NCBI RefSeq assembly: GCF_006345805.1
Contig: NW_021834802.1
Span: 1-45,561, forward strand
DNA from: Octopus sinensis
Lineage: Eukaryota
DNA: 45,561 nt
Reading direction: 5' to 3'
Shown here: positions 1 to 12,296 of the stretch, piece after piece
Layout: each line of letters opens with the position of its first letter
Position numbering within the stretch: position 1 is the stretch's first letter
Program-made: the position numbers and the translations under genes
Notes under the pieces: generated by a model
What the model was told of the DNA's origin: nothing
Database searches by the model: none
The model's input: only the letters and a program-made list of their open reading frames with translations

Positions 1-240
1 GAGAGAGAGAGAGAGAGAGGGAGAGAGGACAGAGAGAGACAGAGAGCTAGCTAGCTAGATGGAGGGATAGATAGCTAGATAGAGATAGATAGATAGATAG
101 ATATAGATAGATAGATAAAAGATAGATAGATAGATAAAGATAGATAGATAGATAGATGATAGATAGATAGATAGATGAGAGAGAGAGAGAGAGACAGCGA
201 GAGACAGAGGAGCTAGCTAGCTGATGATGGATAGATAGAT

Positions 241-281
<41 letters not shown>

Positions 282-290
282 AATAGATAA

Positions 291-345
<55 letters not shown>

Positions 346-399
346 TAGATAGATAGATAGATAGATGGAGAGAGAGAGAGGGGAGAGGAGAGAGCGAGA

Positions 400-434
<35 letters not shown>

Positions 435-450
435 GAGAGAGGAGAGAGAG
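1..450. repeat. (GA)n/(GATA)n compound microsatellite
   Basis: Directly visible tandem GA and GATA units. Confidence 0.97.
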
Positions 451-703
451 AAGTAACATATTTGTGCTTTAAGAATTATGGCTGATATTCCAAACAGCAG
501 CCGGAAGAAGCACTACATAAGACATCGAGAGATGTTCTCTCGTTTGTGTGTGACTCGGATGCGCTGGTTACGGATTACGAAACAGTTTACTGTGTTTTCA
601 GAAACAAAAGCTGAGCTAAAACAGAGGCTGAAATAGTCAGACAAATCTTTACTCATAGATAATATTTGAGATAGAGGAAATAAACGGATGCCAATTGGAG
701 ACA

Positions 704-912
704 CTAGAAACGAATCGGACTGATCGTCACCATTGAATCACTGTGGATTGAGCAGGAGTGTCGAGAGACAACATGCAATTGGGGCAAGTCAGGACGGATT
801 TGCAATTCCAAGACCTTTTGATCTGCCCTCTCGGTTTTGTCCCTTTCAGTATGGCCGCTAAACCATGCAAAAGCTGGGCTTAGATGAGCGCACTGCAATA
901 AAGGGGATGAGA
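704..912 (-). CDS. Candidate terminal coding exon of an unknown small gene
   Basis: On the minus strand: branch-like TTCTAAC (951-945), pyrimidine tract, CAG acceptor (915-913), then an open frame to TAG at 704. Phase-compatible with candidate exon 1777-1927. No recognisable homology. Confidence 0.2.
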
Positions 913-958
913 CTGATAGTGCAGAGTAAAAAGGTGTTGATGAGTTAGAAAAGCGGAG

Positions 959-1194
959 GAAAAGGCGGCGAGCTGGCAGAAACGTTAGCACACCGGGCGA
1001 AATGCTTAGCGGTATTTCGCCTATCTTTACATTCTGAGTTCAAATTCCGCTGAGGTCGACTTTGCCCTTCATCCTTTCGGGGTCGATAAATTAAGTACCA
1101 GTTACGCACTGGGGTCGATGGCTTTGATTTAATCCCTTTGACTGTCCTTGTTTGTCCCCTCTATGTTTATCCCCTTGTGGGCAATAAAGAAATA
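959..1194 (+). mobile_element. tRNA-headed SINE, family A (GGCGGCGAGCTGGCAGAAACGTTAGCAC head), full length with TSD
   Basis: B-box-like GAGTTCAAATTCC and A-rich tail AATAAAGAAATAAG. Direct repeat AGAAAAGCGGAG at 947-958 and 1195-1206. Near-identical copies at 8061 and 28751. Confidence 0.9.
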
Positions 1195-1231
1195 AGAAAA
1201 GCGGAGAAAGAGGAAAAACAGTTGAGAGTAG

Positions 1232-1717
1232 CCCGGCGATGGATTAACCATTAAGCAAAATATCCACGTAAGGTAAGATGAGTGGGTGGTGGTGGGGTAC
1301 CACAGAAATGGTAAATGGTCTACGGCACCAAAGAAATCACTTTAAACTTGCTAAAATAATACTCGAAGTGGTTTATATGATTGGAATGATAATTTCAAAG
1401 CGTTCATGGTGTCATAGTGAAGATCTGATCAAAGACTTTGCAATCAAAAACAGGAGAAAACTTTTCAGATACAAATAAATTGGAAGTATAAAAAAATACA
1501 CATTTTTTTTCTATCTCACTGTTAGCTTTGTTTAATTTTGAAAAATAAAAATTTATTTTATGGTTTATTATTGTGTTTATTATGTTTATTATTATTGTCA
1601 TTATTATTATGTTTATTATTATTGTGAATTTACCCCCCACCACCACAGAGGTGGCAGGGTGGGGGCATAAAATTCTTTTAAGTGCTTAGGCCCTTTATTG
1701 GTCATAATCCGCCCCTG
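1232..1717. mobile_element. Possible MITE-like non-autonomous DNA element
   Basis: Right end TAATCCGCCCCTG (rc CAGGGGCGGATTA) loosely mirrors left end CCGGCGATGGATTA, with an AT-rich interior. TSD not evident. Confidence 0.3.
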
Positions 1718-1776
1718 GAAAATCCAATGCAACAACGAGATCAACGGGTTCCAGTTTCCAAAGCTTGGTCACTTAC

Positions 1777-1927
1777 AGTTTCTGAAACGGCAGAGGCGGT
1801 CACGAAATAAGCGGTTCAGGAAATAAGTGAGCAGATTATATTTCGTTGTCCGACTGTAGCGAGCAGCAGCAGCAGCAGCAGCAGCACTCTTCATGTGGCG
1901 AGGAGAGGTGACGGTGGAAGATGAAAC
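1777..1927 (-). CDS. Candidate exon of an unknown gene (VSSSTVTSPRHMKSAAAAAAAARYSRTTKYNLLTYFLNRLFRDRLCRFRN)
   Basis: Long pyrimidine tract (~1990-1945), first downstream AG at 1929-1928, 151-nt exon open in only one frame, consensus donor GTAAGT at 1776-1771. Confidence 0.3.
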
Positions 1928-2329
1928 CTTTCAAACGATCGAGGGGAACATAAAAGGAAAAAAAAAAAGAATGAAAGAAGGAAAGACCCCACCACCAAAA
2001 AAAAAAAAAAAACGCGGGTGAGGACTAATGGAAAACAATAAAGATAGTAATAAAAGAACCTCTTCCGTGAAAAAGCGTTGAAGCATTTCTTCAGAACAAT
2101 TATGAATCACGTTTTGAGAAAGATGAACCGAATTTTGACTGTTATTCAAATACTAAAATAAGGTTTAATAGATACAATCACACATTTGTAGTGCTGCGAA
2201 TATAAAAGAGATGTGTCGATTACTGAAATGCAGCTCAGAATGGAATTTAGGAAACAGCCGAAGGGCAGATAAGGGCTGGTAAAACTAGTAGAGACCCCGT
2301 TACAATGAGCTGAAAATAATGTATTCTAA

Positions 2330-2520
2330 AGAGATGGGCTGCCATCTACGCAAGCCAATGCTAACAGATAACGGCTTTTTACGTTTGAGTTCAAATACTA
2401 TCGATCTGAAGTGTTCCTTTCATTCTTAGAAGTCGATATAAACAAGGTTCAGCACTAGGGTCGATTTAATCGACTCCCCCCGACACTCGAAATGTATGTC
2501 TTTGTGTCAAATTTAGAAAG
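2330..2520 (+). mobile_element. Degenerate SINE, family A-related
   Basis: GAGTTCAAAT...GTCGAT...CACTAGGGTCGATTTAATCGACT blocks shared with the better copies. Confidence 0.6.
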
Positions 2521-2829
2521 AGTGATTGTGATTGATTGCTGACGTATTCAGACACGATTTTTGTCTTTCTCTTCGAAGCCTTCGATTTCATTAATCTCAA
2601 AGGATGATCTTTAGAACATGGAAGAAAAGTCAGTGGTCTTCGACGTGAGTAGCAGTCAAAGTGATTCTGTGAAAATGAGGGCTGCCAATGGGGAAATGCT
2701 GGTTAGATTTTTTTCAAGCACAAAGGGCACATCTTGCTCGTTAGTATCAGTTGGTGACTTTGGTGCTCACCAAGATCTGGTGGGACTAGCACTCAAGAAG
2801 GATGGGGGCTCTCTTAAATTTGCTGTTGA

Positions 2830-3020
2830 TGGTTTTCATTTTGGCATAAACTTATATTTTGGCGTATCTAGGCCTACATTCAGACCTTTCACCGACTGAA
2901 CAAATGTTGGTAGACCTGTTCTGCTAACAAAAGCCCAAGGTCGCAGGAATCGTGTTTGGACGAAATCAATTGCTGAGAGTGATTGTACAGGTTCTAGCAT
3001 TCTTATGAGACAGGTTATAT
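2830..3020 (+). repeat. Unclassified interspersed repeat, copy 1
   Basis: Aligns by eye (~80%) with the reverse complement of 10360-10545. Confidence 0.8.
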
Positions 3021-3027
3021 AGAATAC

Positions 3028-3095
<68 letters not shown>

Positions 3096-3273
3096 ATAAT
3101 AAATATTAGGGAATAAATCCAAATTTACAGGGAAAAAATCAGATTTAGGATTAAATCCAATTTTATAGTAAAATATTATATAATATTAATTAGAGACAAA
3201 ACCACTATTTTGCAAAACAAAAGGAAAGACTTAATCAATACATAAAATTTTAATAAAAAGTAAAAAAAAACCG

Positions 3274-3316
3274 CCACTACAATTGTTTCATGTCTTGAAC
3301 GACAATCTTCAGGTGG
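3274..3316 (-). ncRNA. Minimal type I hammerhead ribozyme motif (minus-strand copy)
   Basis: Exact reverse complement of the motif at 3369-3411. Confidence 0.7.
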
Positions 3317-3368
3317 ATTTCCGATTTTCAAATCAGTTTAAATTGAAACTGATTTGAAAATCGGAAAT

Positions 3369-3411
3369 CCACCTGAAGATTGTCGTTCAAGACATGAAAC
3401 AATTGTAGTGG
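3369..3411 (+). ncRNA. Minimal type I hammerhead ribozyme motif
   Basis: CCAC-CTGAAGA-T[TGTC gttcaa GACA]T-GAAAC-AATT-GTA-GTGG. Stem I CCAC/GTGG, core CUGANGA and GAAA, 4-bp stem II, palindromic stem III ACAATTGT, predicted cut after GUA (3407). Stem II closing pair is a non-canonical U-U. Confidence 0.7.
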
Positions 3412-3526
3412 CGGTTTTTTAACCTTTTTATTAAAATTTTATGTATTGATTAAGTCTTTCCTTGTTTGTTTTGCAAAATAGTGGTTTTGTCTCTAATTAA
3501 TATTATATATGTATATATATATATAT

Positions 3527-3722
3527 ATCCTTTTTCCAAGGAATCTAATGCGCTTAGCTTAGTTTTTCAATGGGGCTGGCCAGATTGGAGCAATCTCAAG
3601 ATTAATCAGCCGAAATTGCAAGGATGATCCGGTTCTTGACAGAAGATTAAAGGCTTCGAATGACCCGTCCGTGTTTTTGTATCGTCTATATGGATGTTTT
3701 GCGTTCTTGTCCCATTTTGTAT
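3527..3722 (-). mobile_element. Interspersed repeat, probably Penelope-associated; inverted partner of 4510-4735
   Basis: About 80% identity by eye to the reverse complement of 4550-4735 (GAGATTGCTCCAATCTGGCC, AAACTAAGCTAAG, CATTAGATT blocks). Family assignment is from recall only. Confidence 0.65.
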
Positions 3723-3734
3723 ATATATATGTAT

Positions 3735-3765
<31 letters not shown>

Positions 3766-3768
3766 CAT

Positions 3769-3799
<31 letters not shown>

Positions 3800-4054
3800 A
3801 ATTAGAAAAAAACACCTTTTATCAATTCAAAATGAATAATTAAATTACACCATCTAGAAAATTACATATATTAGAAATATTAAAATTAAAATAACAATAA
3901 TATACCAATGATTAAGTAAATTGCAAAAAAATAATAAAAACGTGTATAATTGGTAGAATAACATATAATACATATATTGTGTGAAATTTGATTTAGTTTT
4001 TCTAAATTGAATTCTTTTCCCTGTAAGTTAGGATTAATATTCCCTCAAATAATT

Positions 4055-4497
<443 letters not shown>

Positions 4498-4509
4498 GAT
4501 ACATACACG

Positions 4510-4735
4510 AACGCAAAACATCCATACAGTTAGGAGATACAAAAAAAAAAGGGACAACAAAACATCCAGATAGACGATACAAAGAAAACAAGGACGGGTC
4601 ATTCTGAGTTTTCTTTCTTCAGTCAAGTTCCAGATTATCTTTGCAATTTCGGTTGGTTATACTCGAGATTGCTCCAATCTGGCCTGCCCAAAGGAAAAAC
4701 TAAGCTAAGAGCATTAGATTCTTTGGAAGAAAGCA
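4510..4735 (+). mobile_element. Interspersed repeat, probably Penelope-associated; partner of 3527-3722
   Basis: Inverted homology to 3527-3722. Confidence 0.65.
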
Positions 4736-5120
4736 GCGAATGTATACGAAAACAATGATGGAAAAAAATGGAGAACGTTACACAAATACAAATAACAGGG
4801 CATAACAACAGGTGTCTTTCGACTAAGGACGAATTGAATTAAGCTGGCACGTGTGGAAGTAAAGCCTTACGGCTGGGATACAAGATTTCACAGGCATAAG
4901 GAGGAATACAGATGTTGCACGGGCGACGGCGGCACCAAGAAAGAAAGGTCAGGCTTGGCCGAACACCGGTCACGTGGGGAGAGAAGAGAGAGAGGTAGAG
5001 GCAGAGGGACAGAAGAATTAAGGAGGAGCGAGAAAAAAATGACAGGGAAAAGTGAAGAAAGTGAGGAAAAGAGGGAAAGTGAGCAAGAAGAGAAGACAAG
5101 AAATGTGAGAGAGGATATAT

Positions 5121-5170
<50 letters not shown>

Positions 5171-5217
5171 TGTATGTATGTATGTATGTATGTAATGTAT
5201 GTATGTATGTATGTATG

Positions 5218-5274
<57 letters not shown>

Positions 5275-6179
5275 GTAAGTCTACGAGGATTACTTTGTAT
5301 AGTTTTTGAAGTAAAACGTGATTTTAAAAAATTATCAAAAAAAAAAAATGTGATGAAATCTTTTATGAGGATGTTATTAACCTTTATTTGGGGGGAGATG
5401 TTTATTTCTAATGTGTGAGCACTTTCGGTACAATGCAATGAATTGTATTAGTGCCTATGTAAATTGCCTGTCAATCGTTATTTGCTCTGGCAAAATGAAA
5501 ATTTATCAAGAAGCTCTTTTTTTTTTTATGCGAGAGTGATAGCATAAGACGATACGGTTGTAGCCAAATTCAAAATCTTAGAAGTAATTATTTTAAATTT
5601 GGATAAAAATCTAATGCAAGTGTGTGAACATTCTGAAGAAAAATGTCATTCCACTTTTAGTACGTTGCTTTTTCAACGTCTCTGATAACTAAAGAATGGT
5701 CAACTATAGAACTTTCCACTTATAATTTATGCCTCGGCTATCATTATCACTAATCACCAGCATCATAAATAACCTTCCTCTTCTTTGAAAATGCTGTCGC
5801 GTTCGTCGTTGTTATCGTCATCTCAATATTTTAATCAGAAAATAAATAAATAAATTAAATATTCATAAAATACAACATTCTACACTCGTTTGTCCTTCCT
5901 ATCTATTTATCATTATCAAATTCTTCATTAAAACATGCCCTAGTTTCACTGGAGAGCCGAACGTAAAAGAGAGGCGGATATCAGTCGTAAGTTACATAAA
6001 TTTGTTTTTAACAGTAATTTAAACTAATTGATAGTGTCAAACTGGCTTTTCAAGAAGAGATACGTTTTGTTTAATTCAGTACAAGGGCAAAGTATTATAA
6101 GAACAGAAATACTACAAGACAGAATAACTCAGGGTTAGTCACTTTGGTGCTAATTCTTCTTCGCTGTTCAGTATTCTTT

Positions 6180-6948
6180 GATACACACACACACGCGTGC
6201 GGGCGCATACATACATACATACATACATACATACATACATACATACATACATACATACATACATACATACATACATGCATGCACACATGCATATATATAC
6301 ATACATTCATGCACACACATACATACATACATACATACATACATACATACATACATACATACATACATACATACATACATACATACATGCATGCACACAT
6401 ACATATATATACATACATTCATGCACACTCATACATACATACACGCATACATACATACATATATACATACACGCACATAGATAGATAGATACATACATAC
6501 ATATAATGTGTGTTGTGCATACACACACAAAACACATATATATACTTTACACAAACACACACACATATACATACACATACACACACACATATATATGTGT
6601 ATGTATGTATGCATGCATGCATGCATGAATGTATGTATGTATGCATGTATGTATGTATGTGTGTATGTATGTATGTATGTATGTATGTATGTGTGTGTAT
6701 GTATGTGCGTGTGTATGTATGTGTGTATGTATGTATGTATGTATGTATGTATGTATGGATGCATGTATGTATGAATGTATGTATGTATGTATGTATGTAT
6801 GTATGTATGTATGTATGTATGTATGTATGTATGTATGTATGAATGCATGTATGTATGAATGTATGTATGTGTGTGTATGTATGTGCGTGTGTGTATGTAT
6901 GTATGTATGTATGTATGTATGTATGTATGTATGTATGTATGTATGTGT

Positions 6949-6979
<31 letters not shown>

Positions 6980-6995
6980 ATGCATGTATGTATAT
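6180..6995. repeat. (TACA)n followed by (TATG)n: two opposed microsatellite blocks
   Basis: CATA units at 6206-6500 and TATG units at 6596-6995. Confidence 0.95.
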
Positions 6996-7811
6996 GTAAG
7001 TCTTCTGCAACCATCAGTTGACACTACGTCTGCTGTTCCCACGTCCTAAATTCTACTTTAGGGAAAGATTAAAAAAAAACAACAAAAAACAAAAAATAAC
7101 AACAACAACAACAAAAAAACTACATAACAGGATGTTCAGTATCTATAAGTAACATAAGGTTCCTGTTATTTAGATTTTCATAAACTAGTCATCACTATGA
7201 CAATAACGAACCTTTTACGGTCGACAGACGGACGCGACCACAGATGTATAACGTAGACAAAGAGAGGAGCTAGCTGAAATGACAAATAGAACACTGGAAA
7301 AAAGAATTTTAAGAGTTTAATCCGAAAAGGAAAAGTTCAATATAATATGCAAGTGAAGATGATTGCAGAGCGAAATATTCTTTAAAGGTAAAAATAAATA
7401 AATAAACAAAATAAATAAATAAATAAAATAAATAAATAAATAAAATTTTAAAAAATGAAAATAACTGCTGCTCCTATTATAGAAGGATAGTAAAAATCGT
7501 TTAAAGAAATTTAAGACGTTTAGAAGAATAATTAAAACCTATGAAGTACCAAGTAAAAAAAAAATATATATATAGATAAATATGAATGGTTAATGTAAAG
7601 GTGAGTCAGAGGTTAATCTTTTAGCCATCGTTTCGTCGATGAAACGGTGATCTGAGCTCGAAATATCATTGCAAGATTGGTAGGAAGGTGGAAACTATAA
7701 TATATTTTTATAACAGTGTAAAAGTACGGGATTAAAAGAAAAATAAATAAAATCAAAGCTTAATTTCTTTAATTTATAAATAAATCAAAATAATTCTGTT
7801 GTTGTTGTTGT

Positions 7812-7849
<38 letters not shown>

Positions 7850-8060
7850 CAGTTGTTGTTGTTACTGATGTCGCTGCATGGCCCCAGGTTAAACTGGATC
7901 GAAGACATATATGAGCATAAGTTCTCCGGTGTTACCCATTTTGCCTTCCAAACCCTCACCCTTCGTTTCAAGTGGAACTTTAAAAGTTGGTGAGGGCTTC
8001 GTCGGTCGAATAGCAAAGAATACAGCTTTCAACTCTTTCAAAAGTGTCCACCATACATAT

Positions 8061-8273
8061 TTCTTTATTACCCACAAGGGGCTAAACACAGAGGGGACAA
8101 ACAAGGACAGACATAGGTATTAAGTCGATTACATCGACCCCATTGCTTAATTTATCGACCCCGAAAGGATGAAAGGCAAAGTCGACCTCGGCGGAATTTG
8201 AACTCACAACGTAACGGCAGACGAAATACCGCAAAGCATTTCGCCCGGCGTGCTAACGCTTCTGCCAGCTCGC
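8061..8273 (-). mobile_element. SINE family A
   Basis: Reverse complement of the 963-1194 element, slightly internally deleted. Confidence 0.9.
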
Positions 8274-9386
8274 GTCCACCATACAACCTCGTTTTACCTT
8301 AACCAACAGACAGAGGAAAACTGCTTGTTCTTCTCGTTACTAAAAGAAAGCGGCGATGACACACTTACAAAGCACTCTACCACCCACTGGGTCTGTTCTT
8401 CGTATGATAACATATTCCCACGTGTCAGTAATGCAGGATGTTGGATGAGTGTTTGAAGTGCTTCGTTGCTCTGCACGCGTCTTGGGAAGGCTCGACTGAC
8501 GAATTTTCCATAAAGCTTGTAGAACTTATTCCTAAACATGCTACTCCGTTTTCTCGGTGGCACTAAAGCCAAAGTTTTAACGACATTATCTATAGTCCCT
8601 GAGTGAAAAGCTCCCTGATATAAACTTTGCTGGTTTTCGTTGACGCCTCAGGTCTCCCCAAGAACGAAGTTGCTCACCCCCGACACTTTCCCCCACGGAA
8701 TGCTATTTGATGGCGTTACACTAGCTGCCTTGCCCGCCTAATAGAAGACAGTAAGCGTCTTCCAATATCCCCCACCCAAAAAAGGCCCCATTCCTGATAT
8801 ACGCTTAACCCAGAAATGCAATTCTAGCAAAAAGAGGAAATGATTTACAAATGGCAGCCATACCTGTTCAGCGCTCAAGAACCTCAATACGTGTCTACGG
8901 GGTACTGATGCCTCGATGCAGAAAGTGTTAGCAGCTATTGAGCCTTCTAACCCAGGGAAACTGATTCTGATTCAAGACAAGATGATCTGACCTGATCAAA
9001 TGTAGTCTTCAACAAAATACGCAACTCAGGCTTTAATATATCACTGAAACGCTGTATGCATTTGTCATCTCTGCTTCGACATTTTGTTTTGTTTTAGCTT
9101 TTTCTCACAATATTTCTAGTAAGATTGGTTACCTTGTTCGTAACTTCATCCCAGTTTCTGCCTAACTAACCTCAAATACCTGAACTAGACCTTTATTCCA
9201 GACACAGGAATCGTCGTTGGCAAGCAGAGACCTTCCTCTTCAGATACCAACATGTCGCATCAAGCCATCATGGCCGGCATCAGTTGGGTGTATGCTGATG
9301 GAGCTCTGTGGCGTCTCCGCTCGAGTTGGATATCTCTCGATATTTACAGTTTCCGCAGCAGTGACTCAAAACCAGAAACATACAGA

Positions 9387-9600
9387 AACAAGGGCACTCA
9401 GAGAGTGCAAACCCCGCCAAGGCAACACCAATGTCATCTCAACGATTAGCTCGAGATGATTTTTAAAATGAGAATATCTGAAATAAACTCGACTGATCTC
9501 ACAAACGAGAATACGAAAAATGAACCCGACCTCTCTCAATAATTAAGTAAAAAACCCGGAAAAATAATCCAGAATCCTTGTCCGATACCTGATTGATCCC
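9387..9600 (+). mobile_element. Fragment of a putative Helentron-associated non-autonomous element (HINE-like)
   Basis: Starts AACAAGGGCACTCAGAGAGTGCAAACC and continues ...AATAATCCAGAATCCTTGTCCG, resembling such elements from recall. Not verified. Confidence 0.4.
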
Positions 9601-9714
9601 GATGGTAGTCATGGAATGTGAAGGTAGGTGTGCGGACCATGTTTGTAATGCTGTGTGTGTGTGTGTGTGTGTGTCGTCTGGAGTGGGAGCAGGGACCGTT
9701 TTCTCTATTAAGGC

Positions 9715-10250
9715 CCTTTTTAGTCTATCTACACTGATGTAGTGTCTTTACGTCCATTAAGGTCTATAGTGAAAAATTTATCCACGCATGAAAGAAAACG
9801 GAAAGGACCTGCATACGGTGCTGTTAATGGAGGTTTAACATCGTTGAACACAAAAAATACCTGTTTGGTGCTTTCTACTGCTATTTTACCATACCTTGCC
9901 GATTCTATTCCAATAGTTTTCCATTTCAAATATAATTAGCCCCAAACAATTTAATGCCGGGAAAATAGTTGAAAGGGATGTTCTCCCCATCAATAAATAC
10001 ACCCTGGTTCTTTTCCCTACAACTCACCCTCCATTTAAACAATTTATATCGCTAATTTCTCACCAAGAATTTTAAACGTTATTTTTAGTCTAACTAATTC
10101 ACAAATCCATCCCCTGCGATCTTTCCGAGCGGTAAACGATGCAGTCAGCTTCCAGTTACTACGTTCCCATCTATGTATCCTGTTTAAGTCGACAGTACAG
10201 ATCACAAACTGTGGTCTGTGTAGCCAACCATTCGAAAATGTGAGCAACTT
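9715..10250 (-). mobile_element. Ty3/Gypsy pol relic (integrase C-terminal region)
   Basis: QVFFVFNDVKPPLTAPYAGPFRFLSCVDKFFTIDLNGRKDTTSV/DRLK matches the GPY/F-region motif (DAVRKPLQPPYDGP...FTLDINGR.D.VS.DRLK). Upstream SNGWLHR...CELV..ITFKILGE weakly fits the end of the integrase core. Confidence 0.75.
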
Positions 10251-10359
10251 ACGCTATTCCTATCCACTGTCCACACAAAAACTAATAACTGGACGACTCA
10301 CTGCAATTTGCCCAATTCGGGTAATCTATCAAACAACTGGAAACCACAAAACATTCTAC

Positions 10360-10545
10360 ACAACCCGTCTCATAAGGTTGCAAGAACCTATAGAATCACT
10401 CTCAGCTACTGACATCGTGCAAACACGATTCCTGAAACCTTGCGCTTTTGTTAGCGGAGCGGGTCTGCCAACATTTGTTCAGGTAGTGAAAGGTCTGAAT
10501 GTAGGCCAAGATACACCAAGATATTGGTATATGCCAAAATGAGAA
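10360..10545 (-). repeat. Unclassified interspersed repeat, copy 2
   Basis: Inverted homolog of 2830-3020. Confidence 0.8.
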
Positions 10546-11039
10546 CCAAATCTAGATCGTGTAGGATGGAATGTTATATCTCAGTCACGTTTTTCCCTTT
10601 GTCTCTTTTGAAGAGACATGAAACTGAAATTTAACGCTCGTTGTATTCGAGAGCTTCATTTCTAGTAGTTATTTTGACATCTATATCTTTATCTTAACAT
10701 ATTTTGGAATACAGTGAAACCTTCTGCCGATAGATCCACTTCATTGACAAGAATCCAGAGGTATCTTAACTGTAATTTACATTGTGCATGTATGCGCGCG
10801 CGCGCGCACACACACACACAAGCGCTCACCACTCACGGCACACGTGGCCAAATGTTTAGGAAGTTTTCTTTAGAAGTAGGCCGTCCTGAGTTCGGGATCA
10901 CGTGGTGGCAGATCGAGAGATTAGGGTGCAATGATATGCATCGCATGCGTCATTTCCTTTTGCATCGGGTCGCCATCTGTGTGCGAAACTATTTTTGATG
11001 GAAACTGTACAGAAGCCCTGCACAAGATAGTATGAATCT

Positions 11040-11160
11040 ACAATTCAAAGGTACAGCCTTGTCACTCCGGAATGCACAGCCATTTACACGTTAATTAAGG
11101 GAAAGGTAGTTCAGTTGATCGAATAAATGAATCGGCATCACCGAAACCGACGGAGGCGCT
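11040..11160 (+). mobile_element. Degenerate 3' part of SINE family C
   Basis: TTCAAAGG..CAGCCTTGTCAC...CACGTTAATT...GTTGATCG...AACCGACGGAG tail blocks. A reverse copy lies at ~13460-13560. Confidence 0.5.
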
Positions 11161-11173
11161 TATGTGTGTGTGT

Positions 11174-11216
<43 letters not shown>

Positions 11217-11600
11217 GTGTGTTGTGTGTGTGTACGTATGTATGTATGTATGTATGTGCATGTATGTGCCTGTCAGTCTCTCTGTGTGTATGTATGTACA
11301 GACATACATTCTGATAATTCTCGAACCAGAATCGATGTGAAAACTATATCTCAGCTTCTAATAGCCGTGAGAGTCGTCTTCCTTCTGTTTGCCAATAAGT
11401 TCGAACGATTTACATGCGTATACATTGACAATAAACACAAAGAAACGCAATGAATTTTTTCACCGTTTCCTATCTGTTATTCGATGACACCTTTACAAAA
11501 TCACTACAGTGATTTTAAAGAATATGGCTGTCATTGGAACTCTTTTAGACTAGACTACAAAGAATAGGCTATAAAGAACATTTATTATTTCTCTGACGTA

Positions 11601-11650
11601 AGGCGGCGAGCTGGCAGAAACGTTAGCACGCCGGGCGAAATGCGTAGCCT
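11601..11650 (+). mobile_element. Isolated head of SINE family A
   Basis: AAGGCGGCGAGCTGGCAGAAACGTTAGCACGCCGGGCGAAATGCGTAGC, truncated after ~50 nt. Confidence 0.85.
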
Positions 11651-12296
11651 GCGGTGTTGAAGAACTCATCAGGCTTGCGTATTTACATATTTTCCAGTGG
11701 AGCGGTGAGAACACATTGGAAATGTTTACCGGACACTTCACTTATCCTCCTGGGTTCTGAACTTAGTGAGCCGTTTTCTTCAAACAATGGCCCTATCTTG
11801 TGGAGCACTAAGGCAGATTCTTTTGAAAATTAGTTGAGGGCTTTAGGATTCATTCTTATATTTTCCACCGGCGATATTTCGTTTTCTTTCCTTTCTTTTT
11901 CATGGGCATAACATTTCTAGATGTATATCGTAACTCAGTAATTCCGAAACTTCAAACTTAGAATATCGGTAAGTACAATAGCTTTTATAGTGATAAAAAT
12001 GGTTCGTGTTTATAATAATTAAAATTCTTCTAGTTAACGTAATAATTTAGATTCATATAGGTAAACCAGGTCATTACATTCACGCATAGATCTCTCTATA
12101 GTAAATTAGGCCTGTATGAATCATGTAAGAGTTACATCCCTTTTATGTTTATCGTCTTTGTTCTATCAATAAGATAGAAACTTATTTGGGTATTTTGCCA
12201 GCAGCAGCCGCCGCCGCTGCCAAGTGCTTATTTGATACTATCTTTTTGTGAATGCCTGTGAACTCGTCGGTAAGGACGCACGGGTGTCTGCAAATG

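Larger units (their letters stand above)
3177..3510. repeat. Near-perfect palindrome (~165-bp arms, 6-nt loop), Penelope pLTR-like
   Basis: 3271-3339 is the exact reverse complement of 3346-3414. Outer arms differ only by small indels in A/T runs. Confidence 0.95.

Noticed and set aside
1790-1860. RTTKYNLLT resembles the N-terminal motif of P4-ATPase flippases
   Set aside because: The following FLPKNLFEQF-type residues do not match and no further ATPase exons are visible, so chance similarity is likely.
3630-3670. Hammerhead-like CAGAAGA...GAAT (and CTGAAGA...GAAT near 4600-4625)
   Set aside because: The core is altered (GAAT rather than GAAA) and no stem I or stem III pairing was found.
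6095-7049. Many overlapping ORFs (HTYI/MYVC repeats), likewise at 4007, 30134, 42124, 43206 and 45048
   Set aside because: Pure microsatellite translations.
8290-9090. Moderately GC-balanced stretch with a faint Harbinger-transposase-like reading on the minus strand
   Set aside because: No catalytic motif could be read convincingly in any frame.
11690-11870. Possible mariner HTH fragment on the minus strand
   Set aside because: Only a few scattered residues match, too degraded to support.
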